Shown: positions 36,337 to 49,417 of the stretch, in pieces
Position numbering within the stretch: position 1 is the stretch's first letter
Layout: every line of letters begins with the position of its first letter
DNA from: Botryllus schlosseri
Lineage: Eukaryota
Length of the DNA: 64,000 nucleotides
NCBI GenBank assembly: GCA_051294905.1
Contig: CM119371.1
Coordinates: forward strand, 23,934,001-23,998,000
Reading direction: 5' to 3'
Translations under genes and position numbers: made by a program
Notes under the pieces: model-generated
The model's database searches: none
What the model was told of the DNA's origin: nothing
What the model saw: the letters and a program-made list of their open reading frames with translations, nothing else

Positions 36337-36706
36337 TAGGGTTACCACATTTTGGGAATCTGAAAAGAGGACACTTAATAAAAATTTCCGGACTTACAAT
36401 ACAGCAGTAACATCCGGTAAAATTGGTAAACATTTTGCGAGTTTGTAGTTTGTTGACTGTAAGAAGGTCATCTTTTCGACTCGACTTCCGAATTATCTCA
36501 TTTAGATGACTAAAACAAAAGGTCGTTTTTCTGGCACAACTCCTGCAAGACCCACCTAACCGGTACTTGAGCTTGCTTTATCGCAGTTAAATTTAACATA
36601 CATCTACGCAAAATTTTTAAAACGTGGACAATGACATTTGGGCGTCCTGCTAGAACACTTTAAAAAAGGACAAATCCTCTTTCAAAGAGGACATATGGTA
36701 ACCCTA
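36337..36706. mobile_element. hAT MITE
   Basis: TAGGGTTACCA ... TGGTAACCCTA, perfect TSD CGATACTG. Confidence 0.9.
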
Positions 36707-37330
36707 CGATACTGACAAATAAAGAAATGCAAAACTGCGTAGCCGAAGTCAGCGAAATCACTTATTTACAGGTTTCCTAAGTACAAATATACATGAGCAA
36801 AGGTAGCAGGAATGTCATTCTTGGTTAAATGCAGGCAATTACACCAGTACCTGGTGCCTGGATGTACGCTGTTCACCTTATAAGGTGGAACGTGGATGCA
36901 AGAACTGTATGACGTCTTCTTTGAGGTTACTAAACGTAACTTTCAAGCTCACTGGTCCACCTCTTTCTTCTCAAATGGGCAGCAGCTCATCAAAGCACAC
37001 CATTTATCATTCCTGAAATCAAGAAGTCACAGTTGGTAAGTCAGAAATAGATGACTAGCTAGCACTATATCACATCAATTTAATGTACAAGAGCTGTGTT
37101 GGAACAGCTAAGCACAAGAAACATAATCCCATCCTGAGAATATGCAAGAAATGGTGTTACGGGATCAACACTGTAAAATTTCCCACTATTTCATTCTGGA
37201 TGATTTCACAAGTCCCATTAAAACCAAGTTAGAAAAATGCATGCCTCATCCACGGCTAATTCTTCACTAGTTGTGCGTCCATTCTGCGGTCTTGATGATT
37301 TCTGCAAGAAGTTCATTGTTATATTCTAGG

Positions 37331-38646
37331 CAGCACCGTAACTGCCGCACCCCAAACCCCCCAATTGGGGGGGGGGCCCGAGCTCGAAGGGGGCCCCAAA
37401 TTATTTCGTGAATTAGCATAAATTATAGAGTATTTTTTGAAAATTTATGCAATATTTTCCGAAATTTTTCGCGCTGCGCGCGATTTAAAGTTGCCAAATA
37501 TCTTGATTATTTGGTACTCTTCCCCCAAGAAAAAACACGCAAGATTTATAGAAATGGACATATCGGCGTTGGCCATTAATACGCCACTACGCACCAAGAT
37601 ATATAACGATTTAGGACTTATTACATGCGACTCCAAGAAGTGTGCCAGAACGATCGGCAGCACGAAAAGCTTGGCCGAAACTGACTGCCCTTACGCAGAC
37701 CGAAAACTTCGTTATATATACAAAATAATAGGTTTAATTGTCCATAGGCGCCTAAATGACTGGCGCCATATGTTGCTTCCTGTCTTGGCAATCTGAACCT
37801 CAGAAGACAAATACCATCCAGCAGGAAAAAAATATATGCCTGTGAGGAAATACCAATTTGAAATCGTGTGCGTCTTTTAGTTTAGTACGTTTGAGCGATT
37901 CTATATTTTTGATATAGCAGACAGGAGGTCACGAAATAAAATCATGTAACGAAGTCATACCAACGGGTCCGTCCGAAGATGTTTAATTAATATTTACGGG
38001 CCCTACAGTTTCAGGTAAATCTGATGACGTGAGCAGAGAGGACAAGATATTGATAGCAATATATTAGCAATTCCCGATCTTATTGACCGATTGTATCATG
38101 AATTATCGAAAATTTTCGCGCTTCGAGCTGGCTCACTAAGCAGTGCAGCTAATTTCGTGGCAAAAGCGAACACTGTCATGAGGGGGTCGGTTTATCACCC
38201 TATGAGACCCCCAAACCCAAGTTTTTGTGGGGGGGCTAGGCTGACGAAGTGCTGTTTCGTTCCTGCCAATGGGTATACGCCCGAAGTTGTCTAATTATTA
38301 TTGGGCGGTCCTACGTTTTAAAACACACCTCGCTCAGCTCTACCGGTAAATCTGATTACGTGAGCAGGGAGAGGATCAAAATTGATAGCAATATATATGT
38401 AATTCCCGATCATATTGCCTGATTCAATCATGATTTACTGAAATTTTTCGCGCTTCGCGCGTCTAGGCGGGAAAAGCTGGTTCACCCAACGGCCCCCCAA
38501 TGCAGATGTGAAATAGCGTCAAAAAGCGGACAGGCAAAGGGGGGTCTGGGGGGCGAAGCCCCCCAGAAGTTAGGTTTATCACCCTATGGGGGGCCCACGG
38601 CCAACGTTTTGGGGGGGGGGCCTGACGAAGTGCTGTTACGGCCCTG
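37331..38646. mobile_element. hAT MITE
   Basis: CAGCACCGTAAC ... GTTACGGCCCTG imperfect TIRs, perfect TSD ATTCTAGG. Confidence 0.8.
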
Positions 38647-40015
38647 ATTCTAGGTCATGGTAGGACAGTAAACCTATACGACGAGCTTCTAATGAGAATC
38701 CAATGTATTTAATCCTGTTCAGCAGATAAACAAAGGAGAGAGTAGATCACAGAACACATGGTATAAATACAAAGCAAGGCACACGCGAAAATAATGATTG
38801 GCAGTAATCACTAAATAAGATATGACACCAACATGAATGCGCGATCATAACATTATTGTAATTTAATGCACTAACTTCTATAACTGATATTTTTATAGCC
38901 GAGGGATATCAGGATGAATAAACAACAGCCAACTGTACCTTCTTGATATAATGAGGGTGGGACTTCAAGACTGCACTGATGTCCGTCTCGATATCTTTCT
39001 CCGTTACTCTGCTGTGGGTCTTTCTGCAAATAGCTACAAGAAGATACGGTTGGAGCTAGTTTATTACACCTTGTACTGTCTGGGAGCATTGCTCTGTAAC
39101 TCCAATACTCACATATCAGAAGGCTATAGATCATTTCATGGTCTTTGAAGCGATGCTTTCCTTTTTGTCCGTCTTTGGAGTACTGAGCCAGTAGAAACTT
39201 GGTTGCAATTTTATCCAACACGCCTCGAATTGTAGCAGTCACAGTTTGCCCACCAACCAGCGACAAATACGATACCTGGAAAACCAAGAAATCCAGGAAA
39301 AATCTTGAAAACAGGTGGCAACAGCACTCAGTCAAATTATATCCATGTTAACAGTTGTATATCGAAAATCAATGGGTTTGGTAATTATAACAGCTACTTA
39401 CTGCAGCATTTTTTGCTCCTTCCTCCTCAAGTTTCTGATCTATGCCTTTCAATTCATCCACAGTAGTTGCAGGTTTCTTGATTTTAAGTACTCAAAATTC
39501 TGCGTGCTTGACTGCGATTGCTTACGCTTTCCAACATCTTGTCGAACGAGATACGCTTGATTTTCACCTACGATCTCCAAGATAGTTCGCACACAAATCA
39601 AGATTTTCTTCATGATTTCTAAATGAAAGTGAAAGTCATCTATAGCGCACATTTGACAAACGTACATTAAAATCATCAATTATTGTGTAATGACATTGTC
39701 ATGAATGTCTTGAAGATCGACACCATATAATATAAATTTGAGTTCTGGGAAGCGTAATACGTAAAAGGGAATTAATTGCCACTTCCTATTAAAATATGAA
39801 TCTCAGAACATACTGTCATCCGAATAGCCGTTTCGCCTGTGGGATACACTGTCGGTAGACATTTCAAACGAAGAGCAACCTAAAATAAATTAATCATAGA
39901 TAATATAAATATTTAATAATTTTACGAAGCAACAAGGCTGTAACCAAGTCACAAAGCTACGAGTCACAAGTCAATCTCACTTTGGAGTAAATGACTCGAG
40001 TCAATACAACCCTTC

Positions 40016-40575
40016 AAAGCAAGTAAACATCTCAGGAGTGGAAAATGTTGAACAAACCTTTCAAAATCGTCTGTACTTGGTGCCTCTCGGGACGTCGTGG
40101 TGTTGAGGTGACTAAAGAGAGAAATACAAAGTCACATATCGCATTATTTTACAAATTGTAATAAACAGACCTCCCCGCTTTTTCTTGGATAGGAACTGTG
40201 AAATTCGCTTCGAAGTTGAGGCTGACACTGGTTGAGAATGAATTGACGTATCAGCAGGAACTGCTTCATTGTCAGAAGCATCGATATCTCCAGAAAATAG
40301 ATGTCGGAATGACACCATCACTATGGAAATGGCTAAACAATGGATAATAAATATTTAATAATTTTACAAAGCAAGTGAACATCTCAGGAGTGGAAAATGT
40401 TGAACAAACCTTCCAATCTCGTCTGTACTTGGTGCCTCTCGAGACGTCGTGGTGTTGAGCTGACTAAAGAGAGAAATACATAGTCACATATCGCATTATT
40501 TTACAAATTGTAATAAACAGACCTCCCCGCTTTTTCTTGGATAGGAACTGTGAAGTTCGCTTCGAAGTTGAGGCT
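40016..40575. repeat. About 210-bp direct duplication inside the EnSpm element
   Basis: ~40016-40224 matches ~40368-40575 (aaagcaagt.aacatctcaggagtgg...gaagttgaggctg). Confidence 0.85.
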
Positions 40576-43393
40576 GGGAACGCAGGCCAATATATACATA
40601 GTCAAGAGATGATTTGGTTTCTATAGTGCTTATTACACTGCTTTGATCAGGTCGTCTCAGAAGTGTAGCTGCCGTTAAAGGGAGATAATCGAAACCATGT
40701 TTGTTCCAAATTTTTAGCATTGCAGTGACAGTTGCATGAGGTACATGACATTGTATTGTCCAATTACGCAGGTCGTCTTCTGGAGTCCCAGATTGATCAA
40801 CCGACAATGAAACATCAGATAACATTGTTGGGTCATCATCCGTGTCCGAGCTCTCATAGAGAGTTGAATCAGAAAGAGTGGCAATAGGAACAGCCGTTTC
40901 TGCATGCAATCGAGTGATATCTTGAAATTGACCCAACATTGGAGTGATACTGGCACCTGTTGATAAAGTAATGCAGGCATTCAAGCAGGTATGTATAAGA
41001 ATGATGAAATGTTTACATGGACTGGGAGCTATTGTAAGAATGAGCAGAAGATTCCATCTATTGGCTGTGAGAAAACAGCTTGATTCGAAAATTGACACAA
41101 GTAGCCTAATTTCACACGGCCAACATGATCACAAACATTGTGATGCCAGCCAGCAATACCACGTGATTCATGAAACCATACCATGTGATTCATGAAATTC
41201 AAATAATATAAAACTGAATAACACTTACTTGATACTGGTCTATTAATATCTTCAAACTGGGAAATTTCATTGTTTTTGTTAGCTAAAGTCTGCTTGATTA
41301 ACCTGGTCGCGGCAGTCCATCTCCTTCTGTAAGCTAATCGGTGTCTTTTTCGACATTTAGGCATACTGAACTGTAGCTATGTCAATATAGTAGAAAATTA
41401 ATGAACCTATAAGAGTCCACAAGATTAGCTGTATGCATGTCACGATCACGACCTCAATAGAAATCTGCTTTACTAAAGACGAAGTTATATCACGAAGCTA
41501 CAAGGCTTGCACTTGCACAGAAGTTTTAACAAAGAAAGCGCAAGTTAATAGTATGCTAACACATAACGATGCAAACAGGTATAACTTTCGGTATATGTAA
41601 CTACGGTCGATGATATTGTGATCGACAGTAAACTACGGTCAATATCAATCGTATGCCTCAACTATTGTTTTATACGAAGCATATATAAATTAGCATGCAA
41701 AGTTCAGTTTTCGGTACTCCGCTATAGCTATAAGTTCTTGCTTCAACATCAATTAACCGCGATTAATCCGTGAACTCAACTCCGCCGAAACCTCCACTAC
41801 GATTACAATCGCCATTATCAGACCTCGCGCTGTACGCTGTTTTCTGGCGGCATCTCACGTGCGCGCCAAAACTGATGTGAACGTGGGGAAAAATGGCCTA
41901 CGTCACTCGGCGACAAATCGTGAAATCGGTAAAGTTGCCGCGGTTGCTGTATTCCAACGACCCCCGCGCCTGCGTGTATAATACGATATGAAGTGTCGGG
42001 TATGTGAGAATGTAGTATTTTCTTTGTCGGTAACCAGTTAACTTGGTATGAATGCTACAATTGCAATAAAATGACACGATGATGCGTGTATCGTCAAGAT
42101 GAGAATCTTGCATGCGTCATCGCAGTCGGGCAGCGTAGCGATGGAATCACATATCTGGACACTTCCGGAAGATAAGCGATGATACGACATAATAACACTC
42201 GCTCTGCAGGATAGTTCGTGTTAATTCAAGTCCCCATGCCTCACAGCTTAAATTGATCATGGAAATACATAACCCAATTTATACTAGTTATTTTTAACAT
42301 CTTTTTGAAACTTTTGTAAACGTTTGAAAGCTGTGTCAAACGTTTACTGTTTGCGGGGAAGGGCGACGAACTATGTTATGAGGTCGAAATTCTTGAAGCC
42401 AGCTACTTACGCACGTGTTCGTTTTCCTAACGGTCGCGAGTGCAGCGTCTCATTCAACGATTTGGCCCTTTTACTAATGGAGAAGAAACACCGCCGACTA
42501 ATCCTGAAACGGAACAAGCTTAACCTTGTCCTGTTGATGTCGATGGCCACGAGCTAAGTCGCGAAGTTTCTAACGTTGAATTGAAGTCATCTGATGAAGA
42601 GCCTCAAGAAACTAACCATTCAGAGGATGTACCAGATCATTCGAGTAGAAATCTAGACGTCGAGCTTAGGCGTTCAACTAGAGTTAGGCGCCGGCCTGAT
42701 CGGTTGCCGGTGTCGACTTATCGTTACCGTGTCATTCTATTCTCTTCTGTTCTGCTGTCGGTTGTGTTCTATGTTGCTTAAAGCCACATTGGTTAGCTTT
42801 GCTTTAATAAAGCTTCAGTCAGTTATTCAACGCAATAGTCAGTTTACGCCAAATAACATGCACAATCGCTAACACCAATTGCACCAATTTAAATACTTGT
42901 TTTAAGAATCCCATCAGCAACTGCTAATAGCACTATATCAATATAATTGAAAAGTTGGTTTGTGCTTGCAACAAATCATGCTTTTAATCTACAGATGCAT
43001 GGCAATTACGAGCTTGCCATATCCTATGGATTAAATCTGCTATCCTTTTCCATTAATTTTGTCGTAAAACAAGGTCGAAAAACATCCCAGATTCATCAGT
43101 TTATGCAGCAAAAGATTTTCTTATTCGATAAGAAACTACAATATTGCGATGGAAGTCGCCAATCGCTCAATATATGTAAATTAAAATAAGGATATGGAAG
43201 ATGAGGATTTCTTGGAATTCGTCACACTTTCACTCATTCAATCAATGCGCGCATATCTGAAAACTAATTCATACTTTTTAAAATCCAAACACTAAAAAAG
43301 AAATAGTTGGCGTGGAGTGAAATAGCCGGCCGATCGATATGAGGTAAGCACAATCAAACAGCTTTAAATGTAAAGCGACGTGACAATGTAAAG

Positions 43394-44262
43394 CAAGGGT
43401 GTCAAACTCAAGTTGCGTCGCGGTCCGGATTCAGACCTTCACATCGCTCGCGGGCCGGACTAGGTATATTATTCTAAAATTGTACCTCAAAATCCATGCC
43501 CGCGTTGTCCCCTTGAATACTCAATTATACCGCCTATATGAACCATAAGGTTCTATTCTATCAACACCTTTATTCGCAAGTAATGGAATTGGAAAAATGA
43601 CGATGATTGTAATATATGACAGTTGGATAAATTACTAAAACATTGACTTTAACGACGATATATGTTGGTATATTGCTATGATGGATTTGTTTTAGTCGTA
43701 ATCTGGCAATTGTCATGTCTATGCGTTGTGAGGTATGCACGACATTTGAATCTCAAACGCAGACGTTGAAATCTGATACAATAATATTATATGACAGTTC
43801 GTTTTTTTGCAAGCAGAGGAGCTTAAGTCAATAGCGAAAATGAAGTGTGATCACAGATATTTTGAATAAATTTTGTGTGACAATTATGTTCTTCGTATAG
43901 CCTGCATATATTGGTTTTTATCTGGGATTTTCACGGCAGTGAATAACTACGTTTCGGTTCATTTTTTACAAAACTCTGAGATAAGTGTGCACTTTTCCGT
44001 TCTCAAAATTCGGTGTCATTGGCAGCGACTTGTTGCTGTTGGGCACTACAGGGAAACCGTAACACCAGTGTCGGATGGTTATAATGTGACCTTTGACCAT
44101 ACTCTACATCTGCTGTCGTGAGGGATTATTTTGCGAAAGTAATCTTAATATTTGTCAGAAATGTGCTGGATAATACAGCCATTTTTCAGAATCGCTTCGC
44201 GTGCCGAATGAAATCGTATCGTGGGCCGCATGCGGCCCGTGGGTCGTATGTTTGACACCCTG
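43394..44262. mobile_element. hAT-type MITE
   Basis: CAAGGGTGTCAAAC ... GTTTGACACCCTG; TSD ATGTAAAG/ATGTAAAA. Confidence 0.75.
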
Positions 44263-46360
44263 ATGTAAAAAGAAATCCCTGTACCTTGGTGCCGCATGGT
44301 GTCGCCACAACATAATAATATTGAATCTTTTTAGCGACAACAACGAAAATTATGTCAGGTAGCCTACATGTCATTCGAAATATTATAGTATTGGTGAACC
44401 AAAACTATTTCGTAGCGCTTTAAGGCCATTGCGAAGGATGATGATTACCTGCGAGGAATGACATCCCATGAATATTTGCGTCCATGTCGGGTTACTGTCA
44501 ACCGATGTTTCGAGACCCATACAAAGGGAATAAACAAAGAATTCTCAAGTACATTTGACAAAGGGCAGTAATATAAGATTAAAATTTGCTTAGGTCCGTT
44601 ATACCGCTCATAAAAATATAGTACCACATACGAAATCTAATAAAGCGGTGTCATCAAAAGCAATAACCGAGATGTATTTGCAATTCTATTAATCGCAGCC
44701 ACTGAGAGACTTGGTTTCTTTTTTGTTACTACTAGTTCACTAATTCCTTGTTCAAAAGTGACGAGAGTGAGTCGAAGGCAATTGTTAATATTTTCACAGG
44801 TCATACAGATGCGAAATCTATTCTTCATAAGGTTAATGTTGGAAAAAGGGGACAGAAAAGCCGAACAGAAAAGGATAAAAATCATGCAACACGTTTTTGC
44901 AGTTTACCATAACATATTTGATTGCGTTAGAAATACTGTGTTACTATACTGAGAAAGATGATGTCCTGATTCATCACAAAGCGCACGCATTAGGACCGCT
45001 GTACTCTAGTTGAGTATCAAGGCGAAACAAAATATTGTAAAGATATTCTTTGCTCGGTAATATTATTCCGAATACAGAGAGAAATATATTCTCGTTACCG
45101 TGCAAACCATCACACTCTACTTGCACTCGAACCCGCACCCATTGGTGTTGCAGCCGCGGATTATACCACTGCGCTATCTCGCCACACCTACCCAGATGTC
45201 AGTGAAACCAATACATCAGTTCGACTTATATTTATTTATTTCAGATGTGGCCGCATCCCACTATCATATTTGTATTCAAACAGACTAAGGTTGTTTGAAT
45301 AGACCGGTGTTTACTGTATTCAAACAATACAACGCACAATTCACACAATAATGCAGAATATACGGTGCCTTATGCCCGTACGGTTACAAATTCACTAAAG
45401 CAATACAGGTGTAACGCAGCCATTACTACGTGGTAATTATCATACCTGTTACCTGTTATCATGGCTGAGTCAGTTGTCCTTGACACAATATATCAGCAGG
45501 CATGTTTGTTTCGCAGTGCTTATGATAGTTTTGTTATGAACTCAGAAGATTGCTTTCGTAGTTTATTGTTCTGTTTTTTTTTTTCAATCAGGTGTCAGAG
45601 ATTATAATACGAGGTTTTGGGCCTGTTGAGTGAATTGACTGAAAATAATTGACAGTCAGGCAACATTTCAACTCATGTTAAGCGCAGTTCATCATTGTAT
45701 AAATAATTGCAATTATCAGATCTCTCTCAAGGCACGGAACGGTTCGGATGATGTTCAACTAAACCCTTATGTACTGATATATATTAATGGATGGCGAAAC
45801 TAAATACTATTTTCTTTGAATCGGATCACATCATTATAGACGGCACTAAAATAATCATACGTCATGAAATCGAAGTATATACAAACAAATGGTTTCCGAA
45901 TTGTTTGACTCATCACCCCATCCGTATATTGGCACCTAAAAAAAACTAATGGTTATAGTCGTCGAAGTACTTTTTCCGTAGTACTCAATTATGTACCAAT
46001 AATACGAACCGAATACTAGAGGTAGTGATATTTATGGTCGCATTTTCTATTGAATTTAGTCATTATGTTTTTACAAACTGTATTCACCAAATTGATATGC
46101 CTGATGTCACTGACCAGCTATTAGCTTGTTGGAGTGCAAACAATATATCTAAAACGACTACTATAGATGAGACAGTCGCCTTTTACTGCAACATAAAATT
46201 TCCAGTGCATCGATATGCCATGGAATTCTCTGATAGTTTAATAGCAAGCCATGCTACCTGTCTCTACGACACGTTTGTGACGCCGATATTGGTGATCCAC
46301 AGTTTCAATGTGTTTTTGTGAACAACGCGCTATAAAATTGTCGACGTATACAGTCTAGAG

Positions 46361-48250
46361 CAGTGGTTCTCAACCTTTTTCATCTCGCGGACCGGTAAAA
46401 TTCGAAAATATATTTTGCGGACCAGTGGACCTTAAAAAAATTGAAATAGCCCAAAATGTAATGTATGCAGCCGTATTTCCGCAAGTATGGTACTAGAGCA
46501 GGGGTGGCAAACCGTTGTGCTATTCGCGGCTGCATTTCGATGACTTATATACGGCGTACGGGCGCATTTCAGAAAATAGTCGTAACGAACTAACTGAACT
46601 CAAAATTCCCACGTTAGACTGAAAATGTCCATTTCTGGAGAATCCCGGGCTAATCTACCATTTTATATCACTTCACCAAAATCGCTTCATAGGGGTCATG
46701 GTCATGTTAAAACTAATGACTGGGAACGGTAATAGTCGCGCGAAGCGCGAAAAATTTTTCCGATTCACGAATGAATTCCTTCATTAATATTCCTAGTTTT
46801 TCATATTACTATCACATATTTCGTCGCAGTGGAATCAAATTGACTTATGTACAGTTTTCAAATATCAAATGACAATTTTTATAACTTGAAGAAATCAAGT
46901 TTTTGCATAATTTTCAATGGTTTTCGGCAATATCTTGGCCATGGTTATATCTGTTTTATTAATTCAAGGTCAATCAGGGCCAATATATATGGCTGAAAGA
47001 AGATGAAAACTTTATGTAAAAACAATTTTCTCAAAATGTGTAAAATGGTCATAAGTCACTTTGATTCCACTGCTATACGATTTATCCTTTCTCAGCCAAT
47101 GCGATCAGATCAGAGTTGATGGGGGGGGGGGTGTTTTCGGAAATTAGGGGCAAGTTATAAATGATGATGCATCTTTGGGTGGGCAAATTGTTATTATAGC
47201 CACTTCGTTGCGTGTTCTTTTTTATTGACCAGCTCCCATCAGGATTGTCGGTATAGTGGAAAGATATGGGAATCTCCCAAACGTACCAGAAACAAATTTC
47301 TTTCGTGAGGTATTTCTATGAGGGCGGCGCATCATTTCCTCCGCTGTTCGCACCAGTATTGTGGGGCTCATATTGCAAGTGGGACTACGACTTTAATAAA
47401 ATCGAAAAATGATGTCTCATTGAACCGCGACTTGGCGCAAAGAAAATTTCGAGAATGAATAAAATATATCAAAAATTCGGGAGTCAATTCGCATATTGAA
47501 TTTTCTTGTCTGCTGCCGCCAACAGAAAGTCATTGAATTACTTGTCCACGGCCGCAAAAACTTCCTTCTACGACCGCAGGTTGGCCACCCCTGTACTAGA
47601 GGGTGAGGGTTTTGTTCGGAATTAAATATGTTTAAGATGGTATTCATGTAATTTTACGGTAGTGTCTGCTGAGTGCTGAGTGGAGATAAAATTGACTTGC
47701 CCAGATAAACATGTATAGGCTATAATTTCACGCCGAAGGCCGTGGATTAACCGACTGCGACAACACTAATGATTTTCTTTCTCTTCCACATTATCCAAAG
47801 ATGAAGCGTTTTGGAGTAGGACCAAGCACCTTGTCGAGCTATCTTACTCATTTCCCACTACTACCAGACGTATAGCCCGGTTACGAGTACAACGCGCCGC
47901 ACGAAAACACCTGGCAACGCCGATACCTGGCTATCCACAAAATTATTGAATGGAAAACCAATGATCGTACGAATTGCGCGGTTTAGCGAGTCAGGTCATA
48001 CTTTGCGAGTCACTCGTATGTCGTCACCGGAGACAGCTTGAACTTCAAGTCAAATCGAACATGTTTCCTAGTCTAATCTTACCTCACGAAGTTATGCATC
48101 AGTTTAAAATTTGACGTTTTATATATTTTACCAATGGACAAGCAGCCTTCTTACGTCTTGAAATTGAGGTATAAAATCCTAATGTACCGCGCGGCAGAAA
48201 AGTCGTCGTGGACCGGCACCGGTCCGCGGACCGGCGGTTGAGAACCACTG
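46361..48250. mobile_element. hAT MITE containing a nested MITE
   Basis: Perfect TIR CAGTGGTTCTCAACC, TSD GTCTAGAG. Confidence 0.92.
46499..47593. mobile_element. Nested hAT MITE
   Basis: CAGGGGTGGCAAACC ... GGTTGGCCACCCCTG, TSD TACTAGAG. Confidence 0.9.
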
Positions 48251-49417
48251 GTCTAGAGTACTGGACGTGTAACTGTAATGGAAGTGCTGCGCTTCGGATA
48301 ACCAAGATCGAGGCAAATGTTTGAATGCGACAGGTAACTAGAAAAACTAGTTGTTGTTTATCAAGCGAATTACTACAATCAGTGAAGATACCAAACTGCT
48401 GCAATGGCAGAAGGAGGTCACGACCCCCGTCCTCCAGATATCAACCCGTCGTCGGAACATACTATCGCGAGTGAGTTCTTATTTTCACAACCTTGTCGTA
48501 AAAGGAAATAACATCCAATTGCGAATATTTGCAGAGGATGCAGTCGGTACTAAGTAATTAAATAGAGTCCACAGCATACTTCTTTGTATAGAAGAGCACT
48601 TCATGACCGCTTCTATAATTCCACCGCTGCTATCAGCTCTACATGTGAATCTTATAATGATGTATATACAATATGAAAAAAGCAATATTGTTGACCAATT
48701 TCATTCAATCGCCCTTTAAGCGAATATGAGGATACTCGGCTTTTCCATAAAATTAATATCATAACGTAACAATATGTCATTAGGCGGAATATATGTATAC
48801 TGGATATCCCTTCAGAAGTTGTCTCAATCATCTAATATGGACCCAAGGCCATTTTCACTATTATCTCCATATCTTTAAAGCGGGTGTCTTTGACGTCATA
48901 AAATCCCCCTTGGAGGGTATTCATCGTGGTATATTTTGTTTGGTATGTCGATTTCGCCGATTTCATCAATGAATTCTCCAGATTCTTTTCCCTAAGGGTG
49001 GATTGCACAGATGTCGATTAATACGTAATCGCCGATTAAACGTCAGTAATCGGCTGGCTTCCCTTGCACAGATGACGATTAGGCACTAATCGATGAATTT
49101 TAATCGGCCAAATGTTATCCGCCGAGCGAGGTGTCTAGAAAGTTAATCGGCTGTGTGCTTCGCGGCGACTGCTGTCGGGGCTGGCTACAGGTACATTGGT
49201 ATTTCGTATGGAGATGGTGTTAAGTGGATGTTCTGACGTGCAGTTGCGGTATTAGCTGAATATATTGTTCTCTGACACTACTACAACAACTGTTGGACTG
49301 TTTGTGCATATTATAAGCGTGGGCCTACCACAGCCGATAGTACCTTATGCTGTGATTACCGGTATGGTATTTTTTACAGACTGTACAGAATTCGATAGTA
49401 TACTTTGTCAGTAAAAT

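Larger units (their letters stand above)
35162..42358 (-). mobile_element. CACTA/EnSpm-type DNA transposon (deleted derivative) inserted in the gypsy integrase
   Basis: TIR CCCCGCAAACA / TGTTTGCGGGG with 2-bp TSD AA; removing it restores FVRNKGDELCYEVEILEA. Transposase N-terminal remnant (LRNW..VPHATVTAML..LP....LL) and DUF4806-like exons (YLSLVGG..IRGVL..YSKDGQKGK..F). Confidence 0.85.
32008..42851 (+). mobile_element. Decayed Ty3/gypsy LTR retrotransposon (LTRs 32008-32148 and 42711-42851), interrupted by an EnSpm element
   Basis: 141-bp direct repeats TGTCG...CG(A/C)CA containing AATAAA; internal gag, PR, RT, RH and IN remnants. Confidence 0.9.
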
